64,000 nt of DNA, from NCBI RefSeq assembly GCF_009914755.1, contig NC_060946.1. One strand, 5' to 3'. Source of the DNA: the human T2T-CHM13v2.0 reference genome, Homo sapiens. A program made the position numbers and the translations under genes. Shown here piece after piece: positions 34,801 through 47,801 of this stretch. The notes under the pieces are model-generated. The model made no database searches. It was not told the DNA's origin and saw nothing but the letters and a program-made list of their open reading frames with translations. Each line of letters opens with the position of its first letter. The first letter of the stretch is position 1.

Positions 34801-37800
34801 AGTAGCAGTTCTTCACGCTCACCTAAGTCAGGACACCTCCCCAGCCTGCATGCCCATGTGCCCAGCATTCCCACGTCCAGGAGAGGGACCCGGTGTCACA
34901 GATCCCGGCCCAGGCCAGCCTGGTTGTGCAGGGAGGGCTGAGCCCTGGGCCTTGACAGCATCACCTTGGTGCTGCACCCACAGACCAGCTCAGTGGTGAG
35001 GGTGGGCAGGACATGGCAGCTGAGGAGACCCGAGGGATGGCGGCCTCCAGAGGTAGCGTTTGCCATGGGCGTCCTTGCTGCTCGCCAGCTGGGGCTGGGG
35101 ACCCTCCTCACCCTCACACATGCACCCCGCCCACCTGCACCTGTCCTCCCTGCCCCAGCAGCCACCCGGCATCCCGCATGGCTCGGCTCAGGTAGGGAGA
35201 CGTCCAGTAGTCCTTGGGGGCAGCCGGTCTGCGTGGTGCTGAGTCCCGCAGGCCCTGCCTCCCAGCTTGTGAGAGGAGCTGTCGCTGCCCAGAAAACGTC
35301 TAGGCCGAGGTGGGGCTTGAGCTGAGCCGGGGGACACAGGAGGCCTCAGGTGGAGCCACCTGGAGACTTCAATGTGACCAGGGCCATGGGCAGCAGCCAC
35401 ACTGCCCATCCCCCGCCTGTGCGCCTCAGCCTGGCAGGAGGTATGAAACCAACTCCTGTCTGGAAAGAGGTTCATGCCTCAAGTGAGCACCCTGCCCTGT
35501 GCTGGAGCTGGCCCTCCCTCTGCGCGGCCCGTGCTGGGGAGCTGGTGTCCGTCCTACAGTGAGACGCTGGCTCCCACCTCTCCCAGGTAACATCACCACC
35601 TTATCCCCAGACCTGTTCCTCTGGCTGTGTCCTTGCCAGCTGTGCCACGTTCCTAGAGGCAGGCGGGCAGAGGCCTGAAAGGGTGGCGCTCACCCTTGGC
35701 ACTGGGTCAGGGCTGAACCGGCCCCAACCGCCTTCCCCCATAGGGCTCCCTCCCTCCCCTTGCCCCAACGCCTGCTTCTGTGGGATCTGTCACTCTGCTC
35801 CGAATGGGACTTGGCCCTTCCTCAAGGTCCACCCCTTGAGGACAAAGCCAGCCGGGGACCAAGACGGTCCCTCCCAGCACAAATGGCTTCACACAGTTTG
35901 TTTCTGTTCCTGAGAGCCCCCACCCTCCCTAGGACTCCTCCTCACTCCCCCCAGGGCACCTCCAGAAACCCTCCTCTGGCTGCTCCAGGAACAGGGCATC
36001 CACATGGCCAGCCCCCCGGCGTCAGGGCCTCAAAAGCTCTGGCACCCCAGGTGCACGTCCTCCACCTCCACCTGACCCTCTTCCCAAGGCAACCCCGCCT
36101 GCCCCCCACGGCAGAAGGGACAGAGCCTGCCCAGAGAAAAGCAGGCTTGGGAGCAGAACTTTAGAAGACAAGCCCAGCCTGAGATGTGGGTGGTGGCCCA
36201 GGGCCTGCGGCTGAGGTCCTGCCTCAGTTTCCCCAGCACGCTCCCTGAGGACTCAATCTCCCCCTTTTCTGCTTCTCGCCCCTCACAGCCTAGTGCAGCC
36301 CTGCAGGGGACCCCAGCCGGATCGGAGGGCAGTTCTGCTTCTCCACTGTCTGCTGCCCACCGGGGGCTGGGATCTCGGACACTCTCCCCTCCCCAACTGG
36401 CCACCTTGCCCAGGTGAGTCAGAGGGTCGTTCTGCAGCCCGGGGGCCAGCGTTGGTTTGAAATAGTGCCCCCTCCTGCCCCTCCCCCTCCCTGAGCATAA
36501 GCAGGCCTGGCAGGTGGATAGCACCGTCCCTCTCGTGGAGAAGGAGGGGCTCCAGGAGGACCTTGCACCCATCCCAGATGGCCAAGACTGAGAACCCAGG
36601 CCTCCAGCCCCCAGGCCAGGGATCTTCCCTCCACACCAGCCCAGCACTGAGAAATGGGTGAGGTGGAGCCGGGGCGACTGCCACCCGCTGCCCTCCTGTG
36701 AGGATGTGGCCGAGATGGTCGGAAAGGCAGAATGACCACAAAGGCAGCGAACAATGAGAATCAATGGAGAGGATGTGAACCAGAGGCCCTAGGGCCCAAA
36801 GTGAGTGTCCTTCACCAAGGAGGACAGAGGCCTCTCTAAGGCCAGGCCTGGCCATTTGGGGACCAGGAAGCTGTAGGAGGGGGCGGGGCCTCTTGTGTAA
36901 GAATGCTCAGTGGGCAGCCAGCCCAGCCTGCTGCCGTGTGGACAGGCATTTTCACCCATCCGCCCCACCCCGGGAGGACCACCTGCAGACTCAGGACCAG
37001 GGACCTGAGGGGACCCCTGCAGGCCACCCGAGCCGGGGCAGCTCCTCAGAACCTGGGGCTGGGGCCGGGGCCTCCCTTCCTGGAGCCTGGAAGGAAGCAG
37101 GCTCCCCAGCACGGAGTCCTGGTGGACGGCCTCAGGCAGACCCAGACCAAGCCTGGGCGCTGCGTTGGACTCCCCCAACCCCAGGCCTGCTGGGTCAGCC
37201 TTCCAGGCTCGCTGAAGGTTCCTGCGTGGGGCAGCCCTCACTGAGGTCCTCCCCGTGGCTCCAGAGAGGAGCTAGTCCTAGGGCACTCGAGTAGAGAGGT
37301 GCGCCCTCCTCCCTCTTCTAAATGGTTCCCCAGCTGGCCCCACCTGGCCCCTTTCCCCAACTAACTCATCAGTGCCTGGCAGGAAGACACAGCAGCCCTC
37401 CCCCGGTGACTGGAGTCCTGGCCCCAGGGCAGGCCCCGCTCCAAGAACCTGATCCTTTGGCTGGGGCAGGGCCGTAGAGGTGGGCGCAGAGCTTCGGGGA
37501 GCTGGCTGTGGGGTCCGCGCATGCAGCCCGCAGGCAAACCATTGCCAGGCCCACGCCTGCACTAAGCCCAGCGCCAGCGCCAGGTCAGCCAAGAACCCGG
37601 GGTCGTGGAGGAGGAAGGAAGTCGTGGGCCCGGGATGCGCGGCCGGACCATTGCAGGAGAGCGGGGCAGGCGGACGGCGCAGCAGCTTGCGGGCAGCGAG
37701 TCGTCTGCATGCGGCGGCGAAGCGCCCGGGCCCCCGTCCGCGCCGGTGCCCGCAGCGCGCAGCAACTTGGCCGCCGGGTCCCGGCCGCCCCGGTAGAGGC

Positions 37801-38659
37801 TGGGTACAGCGAGGGGGCCGGGCGCCCGGGCAGGACGGGCGCGGCGGGTGGGGCCTGGCCGTCTCCCCCTGCCCTCGGGGCCGAACACGCACAGCGAGAG
37901 TCTAGCGTCGGCGTGGCTGCGGCCAGCCGGGTCCCCCTGGAGGCCTCCGGACGATCGGAAGTGACTGAGCGTCCGGGTCCGTGAGGCCGGGGGTCGGCCC
38001 GCCCTAAGACTCCCACCTGGTCCCGGTTCTCCGTCCGCTAGGCTGGCCGCGGGGCCCCTGGGGCCCGACCTTCCCGGGGTGCCCCAACCTGCGGCAAGGC
38101 CGAGGTCCCGCTGAGGCATGAGTCCCGGGTCGGGGACCGCTCTGGGCCGACCCCCGGAGGACGGACTAGGCCGATCCCCAGAGGGAAGGGGGCCAGGCCG
38201 AGGCCATGGCAGCGCGTTCCCTGATCCCGTGTTCTCGGCTCCTCGCGTCCCACTATCGGCTGTCCCTTTCGTGCGGGACTGACGGCTCACAGAACAGTTA
38301 CATTTCAATATCATTCGACTGAAAACCATCCTGTGGACGCCGTGCGAGCATTGTCCCCATTTCACAGCTTGGGAGCTGCGACCAGAGAACGTGGGCGCGC
38401 CTCGCAAGGCCGTGACCGCGGCGGGACTCGAACCCTCCCTCCTGAGTGCGCGCCGATGTTCCTTAGGACCCGGGAGCGCCGGGGGGGGGGGGGGGGGCGG
38501 GGGCCCCGCGCGCTACCCCCTGGGAAGTGTAGTCCGAAGTTGCGGGCCGGGGCCAAGCAGGAGGCGCGTGGGACTACACTTCCCGGCATGCCACGCGGCC
38601 GCCGGCGCCCTCGGCCCGTCCGCCCCGCCCCGCCCCGCGGCCCCAGCCCGCCCCGTCCG

Positions 38660-38713
38660 TTGAGGGCCCGCGCCGCATGGAGGCCGGCTGAGGAGCGCCG
38701 CTGCCTCGCCTCG
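38660..38713 (+). other. TRABD: TRABD non-coding exon 1 (5' end approximate)
   Basis: Lies just downstream of the GC boxes and ZNF143-type motif, ending at donor tcg|gtacgc; the TSS is inferred. Confidence 0.6.
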
Positions 38714-38849
38714 GTACGCCGCGCGGCGCGGACGGCGCGTGCGTGAGGACGGGGCCCAGCACCGAGCGGGGGGCGGGCCCGGGTCAGGGCCGCGGGGTGA
38801 CTGTGGGGGGCGGGGGGAGCGAGCCCGAGTCGGGGGGTGGGGGCCGGGG

Positions 38850-39130
38850 GCGGGGGGGGTCAGGCCCGGGTCAGGTTTTGGGGCCGGGGTAGCAGGTCGT
38901 GGGGGTCAGGCCCGGATCAGGTTCAGGTTTTGGGGCCGGGGGAGCAGGTCGTGGGGGTCAGGCCAGGGTCAGATTCAGGGTTTGGGGCTGGTAGACCAGG
39001 GTCGTTGGGGGCCGGGCCCGGGTCAGGTTTGGGGGCCGGGGTGGCAGGTCGTTGGGGGGGCCAGGCCCGGGTCAGGTTTTGGAGCCGGGGGAGCAGGTCG
39101 TGGGGGTCAGGCCCGGGTCAGGTTTGGGGC
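38850..39130. repeat. G-rich ~40-bp degenerate tandem repeat in TRABD intron 1
   Basis: Recurring ggggtcaggcccgggtcaggttttggggccgggg(t/g)agcaggtcgt. Confidence 0.85.
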
Positions 39131-40369
39131 GGGAGCAGGCCCCGCGCGTCCCCTGCCACCGCTGCCGGGAGCGGCGCTGCCGAGGAGCGGAGCCCCCCAG
39201 GGCTGGGGCGGGGAGGCTCAGCGGCGGCCTCGCGGGAAGGCGCGGGTCGGACCTCGAGTCCCAGGGTCCTCGCGGGTCGGGAGGGCCCCAGCCACCCCCG
39301 CCTGCCGCCTGCGGTGGAGCCGGCCGAGGTGAGAGTGGAGGAAGGCGGCCCAGGCCTGCGGGTCTCTGGGGGTGCTGGGGGAGGCCGAGCGGGAGGCCCC
39401 GGACCCCCGTTGTCCCCTCCGGCCCCGCTGAAACCTGGGGCTTCGCTCTTCTGTAGGTGCCTTTGCCCTTCAAGTGGAGCAGAGCGGGGTTCCCATATGG
39501 GCGAAGTGGACGCCAGATCGTCCCCCGCTGTGCGCAGCCCAAACTTAAAAGGTCTTTTTAACTGAGCTATCATGAAGCTGCCGTGTGTCTTTGTCAAAAC
39601 TCTTACAAGAAAGATGGAGTGGGAGCTGTCTGGGCACTAGCGTCCCAGAAACAACCAGGAACTTGTGGAGGTGCTAAGCTCCCTGCGGGGACTCCCGCAG
39701 CCTCGGTAGCCTCCAGATGGAAGCCTCCTAGCTTTCAGGTCCCTGAAGAGGCCGTGCAGGCCGCCAGGCTCACTGCGCTGTGTGTCTCTGCTCCCCGCTT
39801 GCTGCCGCCGCCCTTGCAGTGTGACTGGTGGGGATGCTGGCCAGCCTCGCCGGAGGCCCTGATGCTGTGGGGTCCGAGGAGGGGGCCTGGCAGGGTGGGT
39901 GGGTGGCAGGAGCCTGTGGGGCCCCCTGCATGGTGGTCAGTGTGGGGGCTCTGCATTGACTGTGACCAGGTCCTGGGAGGTTGGGGGCTGCCAGGTGTGC
40001 TGGCAAGGAGGCCTCGGGCTCTGGCTCAGGTGTGTTTCCCGTCTCCCAGCTCTGCCACACCTGCGTGAAGCGGTCCCGCCAAAGCCGGGAGGGGTTTCCT
40101 GTGGCCAAAGGTGCCAGGCATCAGAAACAGGAAGCAGGGGAGGTCAAAGCTCTGGGCCACACCCTGGTCCCTCCAAGTTTGTCATTTCTGCAACCCCCAG
40201 GTCTGACCAGTTTGGAACCTGGGCTTTCTGAGCCGGTCTAGTGGGTTGGTTGAGAGATGGGGGTTTTTCTGGTAACTGCATTTGGTGCTAGCCAGTTTTT
40301 GGTCTGCACTAGGAAGCTAGGCTGCAGTCTGGGAGGCAGTTTCTAGTGGGGTGAAGGGGATAAGATGGG

Positions 40370-41469
<1,100 letters not shown>

Positions 41470-44419
41470 TGGGACCTGAGCAGGCAGGTGGGATGCGCTG
41501 TCTGAGGCTCCCACTGGATGTCAGGTCCTGGGACAGAAGCCCTGCGGGACATTTCGGATGTAGACAGCCGTCTCTGACGCCAAAGGACTGTAGATGCCGC
41601 TCTGATTTTGTGTCCTAGGGCCGCACACCTCAGGCAGAGCCCTAACGGATGGGCTTTTGCGCACAACAGATGTCCTCCTGGGGCTGTTGGGAATTCTCAG
41701 AGGCTTCGTCTGCACAGAGGATCATGGTTTCCAAAGCCAGATATCCCTTTTTACAGATGAGGGACAGTGCTTGGAGAACAAGTGTCTTCAGAGGCAGTGT
41801 CTAGGGTCTCCTGAAATCGGGCTGCTAAGTCTTTTCTTGCCCTGTGGGTCTCCACCCCGTTCTCTGCCTTCGGGACAGACTGTGCTGCGGCAGAGAAGCT
41901 CGAGGCCGAGGCTGACCGCTAAAGCAGCATCTGAATGTGGCTTGTGCTTGCAGCCCAGAGAGGGCCTCCTGTGTGGGGCAGGTGGGATGCTGGCCCTGGA
42001 GGCAGGTTCCCGCCTTAAACGGCGGCTCCTGCCCAGAGCATCCTGCCCAGGGTAGCACTGGGGTCTGAGATCTGAGGACCCTGTCTGCCGGCTACCCATG
42101 CTCAGGAGGCATGTCCCACAAATCGTGTTCAGCACCCACCCCAGTCCTGCTCGGTGGACGTCCGTGCGGGGCAGGGAGAGTGAAGCACAGCTGGTCTGAT
42201 ACAAGCGTCTGGCTTCCTGCCAGGCTGCACCGCTTCCCAGCGGGTTGGCCTTGCAGGTAACAAGGCCAGAAGCCACTGCGAGGTTCCCTGGGGCAGTGCC
42301 AGCACTGGGGATTTGGGAAGGAGAGATGTCTGTCCCCCCGGAGGGGCAGCCAGGGTCTGCTGGTCTCTGCTGATGGGCCTGAGCGTATCTGAAAAGGACA
42401 GGTAGAAAGGGGGTGGCTGCAGCGTGCGCTGGCCGGACCCCAGGTGATGCTCTGCTGGGACCCAGAGGGGGTGGCTGCAGTGTGTGCTGGCCGGACCCCA
42501 GGTGATGCTCTGCTGGGACCCAGAGGTTGTGGGGCTGGGAACCAGGTGGGGGTTCTTCAGACATTGTCTCTGAAGACACTTCAGAGTCCAGGCTCAGCAT
42601 CTGTGGCTTTTGGGCCAGGGCCTTTTGCTCACCGCCAGGCAGCTGGGAGAGGCTCTGGGCCCAGCCATAAATGTCTGAGAGCACAGCTGCCTGGGAGCAG
42701 GCTAGAGGGAGGAGGGCTGGTAACCTGAAATCACACCCTAGAGCTCTCCAGGGGCCTTGGCGAGGAGGGAAAGAGAGTGTTGAGACTGTAAGAGTGACTG
42801 TCAGAGACGTCCCCCAGAATCACGGGCTTTAGGTGCTGGGGGGTCCTCAGTGACCTTCCCGCCTGGCTCCCTGCGGGCAGCACGCCTCTGCTGAGAGGCT
42901 GCAGGGGCCAGGGCTGGGGGCTGGCACTGCCTCTGGTGGCGCTGACATCGTCCTGCTCAAGGCTTGGCAGCCGGCCCAGGAAAGCTTCTCTGCCCGCCCT
43001 GACAGGAGACCTGTGCACGCCCACCCCATGGCACGACTGGGGTCAGGACCAGCGCCTGCTGCTGCACCGAGACCCTGCCCTGTCCATGGCCACAGGCGTA
43101 CCCTAGGCCGGCCTCAGAGGCGGGTCTGGCCAGGCTGGGTGGAGGGTGGGGGCTGACCGCAGACCTGGGGCTGCCACACCCATGGGGGAAGGGCTGTGGC
43201 GACGTGGGCGCCTCCTGTTGGCTGGGCCGACGCAGCCTCCCGCCCGGCTGCACAGGAGTTTCTTTAAGGAGTTTCCCCGGTGTGCCTCGGCAGCCTTGCG
43301 CTGCTCTAATGGTCCGGACTTCCGTGTGTGAGTTTCCCCCGTGCGCCCCGGCAGTCTTGCGCTGCTCCTAAGAGTTCTGGCTTGTGTGTGTAGCTAGACC
43401 CAGGGAGGCGGCCGTCTCCCGGACCGGGTGCTTGTCTGGGCTGGCTGGCCTGGCGGCTGCTCACAACAGCTTCCGGTGGGTTCCGGTCGGGTTGCATCGT
43501 GGAGCTTTCACCTACAAAAGGGGAAGGAGGCGGCCCAAGGGGCCGGGGCCTGGTCCTGCTGTGACCGGTGCCAGCTGCACTTCCTGGATGTGCCAACCGC
43601 TAAGACGCCCAGGCCAGGGTTGGGTCCAGACTCAAGCCCAGGTGGCAAGGAGTGGGACCCCCTGCCAAGGCTGTGAGGCCCCATAGGGGAGCCTGCCTGT
43701 GGAGCGGGCCCCCCTTGCCCTCTGCAGAGGCTCAAGGCCCCCGGGGACATGAGCCTGGTGTTTATCAGCTGTCTCCTTAGTCTCAGCTGACCTCCCCCGA
43801 CCATGGCCCCATTGCACCACCCACCCCAAGCCAGGCCAGTTCCTCTCCCAGAAGTCCCGGCTGTCCAAGAAGAGGGCAGGGTGGGCTGCCCTCTTCTCGG
43901 CCAGCTTCAGATGGGGCCTCTGGTTGCACTGAGACAGGCCTCTTCCCCTGCTCAGAGCCGTCCCTGCTCCCCCAGCCCCTGAGCTGCCCTCCTAGACACT
44001 GCACAGAGAGCTCCTTCCTGTTCACAGGTTAGGACACCCAAGCTTGGAGGCATCTTAACTTGGATGTGGGTGGCCAGGACCCAGCTGGGTCTGTGAGTCC
44101 TGGCTGGGGCCGAGGTCTGTGCCTGCTGTGGCTGTGTGCCAACAGGGTTTGCAGAGGAAAGGAACCTGACATAGCGTCTTATTGCTCATTGTTCCTTTTT
44201 CTTATGAGTTCTGAGAAGTGGGCAGCAGTAGTGACATGAAAATGACCCCAGATGCACGCAGGCATCAGTGCAGAACCCGGCAGTGGCCCCTCTGAAGCAC
44301 ATCCTACAAGCCCCGTCGTTTCCTCGCCAGATGCTCGTGTCTGACTGACGCAGACGCTTCAAGACAAAACCACAATACCTTGCACGACTAGACAGCTCAG
44401 AATGGTTTCCAACAGCTCA

Positions 44420-44741
44420 TTTTTATTTTTTACTTTTGTTTTTTTCTTGAGACAGAGTCTCCCTCTGTCACCCAGGTTGGAGTGCAGTGACAGGATCTCG
44501 GCTCACTGCAACCTCAGCCTCTCGGGTTCAAAGTGATTCTCCTGCCTCAGCCTCCCCAGTAGCTGGGATTACGGGTGTGCACCACCACGCCTGGCTAATT
44601 TGTGTATTTTTGGTAGAGATGGGGTTTCACCAGGATGGTCTATGTTGGCCAGGCTGGTCTCGAACTCCTGAGCTCAGGCAGTCCATCCACCTTGGCCCCC
44701 CAAAGTGCTGGGATTACAGGTGTGAGCCACCGCGCCTGGCC
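44420..44741 (-). mobile_element. Alu, antisense
   Basis: Alu reverse complement with a T-rich tail. Confidence 0.88.
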
Positions 44742-45773
44742 TGTTTGGGATATTTTAATGATTCTGCCTGGTGACACATCCATCCGCCAGGACATGCATG
44801 AGCCATTAACTTGGTAAACAGTCACTCCTGGCATTCCGTGGCTGAGAACATTCAGGAAGAGCCACATGGTGCAGCAGGGCCTGTGGCCAGTCTCAGGACA
44901 GCCTGCTGGTCCCTGGCCCTGCCTCGAGGGGCTCCGCGCAGGTCTCGCCGATGCTCTGTGGGTCTTGGCCGGTGCGTGCCTCTGGTGCTGCAGGCGCCTG
45001 GCTGTTTTCTTCCTTCCCTCAGGCTCCTGGGCCCCCGGCCTGAGCTCCTGGTTTCTGAGAGTCTGTGGGGAGCTGTGATGCCTCGGGGCAGCCCCCTCGT
45101 GTGGCTGCCCCAGCCTGTCCGGGTTTCTACCGTGGTTCCTTCCACACCATGTTTGTCTCTTAAAGTGGGAGAGAAGGTCTTAGGTCCAAACACGTTGATT
45201 TGTGTGCTTTGTGGATTCCTCCGTCTGTACTGACTCTGTGCCGGTGTTGTTGCCCAGGCTGTAGTTACTGAAAGGGGAAGTGGCTTTTGTACAAAGGCCC
45301 TGGGGTCCTTGCCATGTGTCAGCAGCTGCGTTGCTGTGTCCTGAGATCATGTGTGGACCCCAGGGCTGCCTTCCTATGTGTGCCCGCCGTGCCGCAGTGA
45401 GGGTTGGGCAGCTCTGGCCCTGTTCTGAGTGAGGCCTGTGCACCAGCAACCCGCCCTGGGCCCGTCCGCGTTTTCACCAGCAACCCGCCCTGGGCCCGTC
45501 TGCGTTTGGCTTATGCTGGGGTGTCTGGGGACCTGCTGGCCTTTCCCCACCCGGGCCTGACCTGAACCGACCCTGGACCTCAGCAGCCTTTGATGGGCAG
45601 GAGGCATTTGGGGATATGGGGGAAGGAGCCCCCAGGCCCACCCAACAGATGGTTCTAGACTGACAGGGCACTACGCAGTGAGTCCTGAGCCAGGTCTGGG
45701 GCTCCAGGTGGAAACCCCGCCTCTCATGCCTCTCCTCAGGCTCCCCACAGGTGCAGGAAGCCGCCGCCCAGCC

Positions 45774-45806
45774 ATGGACGGGGAGGAGCAGCAGCCACCG
45801 CACGAG
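45774..45806 (+). CDS. TRABD: TRABD first coding exon (MDGEEQQPPHE)
   Basis: gccATGG strong Kozak context; donor GAG|gtgagg. Confidence 0.92.
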
Positions 45807-46288
45807 GTGAGGTGGAGGCTGGGCTGGCTGCACAGAGACAGGGGCGGGGGGCTTCCCCGCTTTGTGGGCTCTCGGGGTCGGTCCCTGGCTGTTGTTCTGC
45901 AAAGGTGATCTTCACAGGGTTCTCCAGGGTCAGGCAGGAGGCACCTCCGAGGGAGAGGGGCGCTGGGCTGAGGTGGCCTGGTGGCCCTGTCTGCCCAGCT
46001 TGATGGCAGCCGTGCCAGTGATGGCCAAGCAGGAGGGGTACTGACAGTGTGGGGCCTAGGCTCTACGGAGGCCCTGCTTTTCAGGGTGTGTGGTACACAG
46101 AGCGGCCACGGGTCCCTTTCCCGGGTACGTGGTCCGTGGAGCGGTCACGGGCCCTCGTTTTTCAGGGTGTGTGGTCCACACAGCGGCCACGGGTCCCTTT
46201 CCAGGGTACGTGGTCCGTGGAGTTGCCACGGAGCCCTGGCTTTCTGGGGTGCATGGACCCTGACTTGAACTCTCCTTTCCACCTGCAG

Positions 46289-46367
46289 GCCAACGTGGAA
46301 CCTGTTGTGCCGTCAGAGGCTTCAGAGCCGGTGCCCAGGGTGCTTTCTGGAGACCCCCAGAACCTGT
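46289..46367 (+). CDS. TRABD: TRABD coding exon 2
   Basis: ctgcag|GCC AAC ... CTG T|gtacgt; ANVEPVVPSEASEPVPRVLSGDPQNL. Confidence 0.92.
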
Positions 46368-47100
46368 GTACGTGTCCCTCAGGGTCCTGGCACGTTCCCC
46401 GGTGTTGGGCTGTTGAGTCAGGGAGGAGGGGGAGGCAGCCAACCACTGCCAGGGGCTTGGAGCTTGTGGTGAGCAGGGGCCCTGGCCGAGACCTGAGGTA
46501 GGTGCTGCTAGGCCTGGTGCCACCCAACAGCAGCTGCTCCTGGGCCCTGCCTGGCAGTGGAGCCTCTTGGAGGGGCTGCAAGCAGCACAGGCAGGCCCCT
46601 GGGCATGGGGGGCTCGTGAGCACAAGCAGTGTGAGCGGCACGGGAGTCCCTCCTTGCTGTGGCCTCAGCCTGTCCCTCCTGAGTAGGGTTGGAGTCCCTC
46701 CTTGCTGTGGCCTCAGCCTGTCCCTCCTGAGTGGGGTGGGGGGGCCCATTTCGCCTCAGAGCCCCTCCCCTAGCTGAGCCCCCTGCGGCACCTGCCCCCA
46801 CTGTCCCCCACACCGAACCTCATCCACAGCAACCCCCAAGGTCGCCCTCATGGGGTGTATGGGGCACAGGACTCCTGAGGCCCTGGCTTCTCGAAGCCGT
46901 GCAGCTCACAGAGGTGGTAGCCGGTGTTCCCATCACTGGGCAGGCAAAGCCTGTGGAGTGTGACGCTCGTCAGGAGTCTTGTGCTCTGCACCTGTTCAGT
47001 TCTCAGAACCCAGGAGGGTTCTAGAGCCCAGGCTGCCAGCGGGCCCGGCGGCGTCCTTGGGGTGGGCCCGGCACCACAACGGCCTGTGCTGCTGTTGCAG

Positions 47101-47267
47101 CCGACGTGGACGCCTTCAACCTGCTCCTGGAGATGAAGCTGAAGCGGCGGCGTCAGCGGCCCAACCTGCCGCGCACTGTGACCCAGTTGGTGGCTGAGGA
47201 CGGGAGCAGGGTGTACGTGGTGGGGACAGCCCACTTCAGCGACGACAGCAAGAGGGACGTTGTGAAG
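47101..47267 (+). CDS. TRABD: TRABD coding exon 3 (start of TraB domain, VYVVGTAH)
   Basis: tgcag|CC GAC ... AAG|gtgagc; GTAH(F)S motif of the TraB/PrgY family. Confidence 0.95.
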
Positions 47268-47660
47268 GTGAGCGCCGCCACCCGCCACATCCCGGACACG
47301 GGTTGGTGTAAGCTCCTGTGTCCTGCACTCAGGGACCTCCCGGCAGGGCCCGTGTGCCCGTGTGTGCGCACCGCAGGCCTCCTGCTTCAACACTGTGGTC
47401 CCTGGGAGTGGCAAGGTGGGCTTCCTGCCTGGGAGCCGTGACGGCCTTGTGCGTTTTCCCACTTAACAAGTGAACAAGCCTCACAGCTTCCTCTCTCGTC
47501 GCTTAGAGAATTGAGCTGTCACTGCAGCAGCGGGGTTAGCTAGCCCTGGGGTGACGCCAAGGCTGGCTGCTCCTGGGATGGGGCCCCTGGTGCTGGCGTC
47601 AGCTGTGCTGAGGGGCAGGGAGCGGCTGTGTTCTCGAGGTGTGACCTGTGGCTGTTGCAG

Positions 47661-47801
47661 ACCATCCGGGAGGTGCAGCCTGACGTGGTGGTCGTGGAGC
47701 TCTGCCAATATCGTGTGTCCATGCTGAAGATGGACGAGAGCACGCTGCTGCGGGAGGCCCAGGAGCTCAGCCTGGAGAAGCTGCAGCAGGCCGTGAGGCA
47801 G
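47661..47801 (+). CDS. TRABD: TRABD coding exon 4 (PDVVVVELC)
   Basis: tgcag|ACC ... CAG|gtgcgc; 141 nt. Confidence 0.95.

Larger units (their letters stand above)
37480..39560. promoter_or_regulatory. TRABD: CpG island / promoter of TRABD
   Basis: CpG-dense, with GC boxes, two ACTACAnTTCCC motifs and a G17 run at 38481-38497. Confidence 0.88.

Noticed and set aside
42408-46735. Several two-copy duplications (~58 bp at 42.4 kb, ~33 bp at 45.45 kb, ~81 bp at 46.1 kb, ~48 bp at 46.65 kb)
   Set aside because: Ordinary small tandem duplications typical of GC-rich subtelomeric introns; no motif or structure of note.
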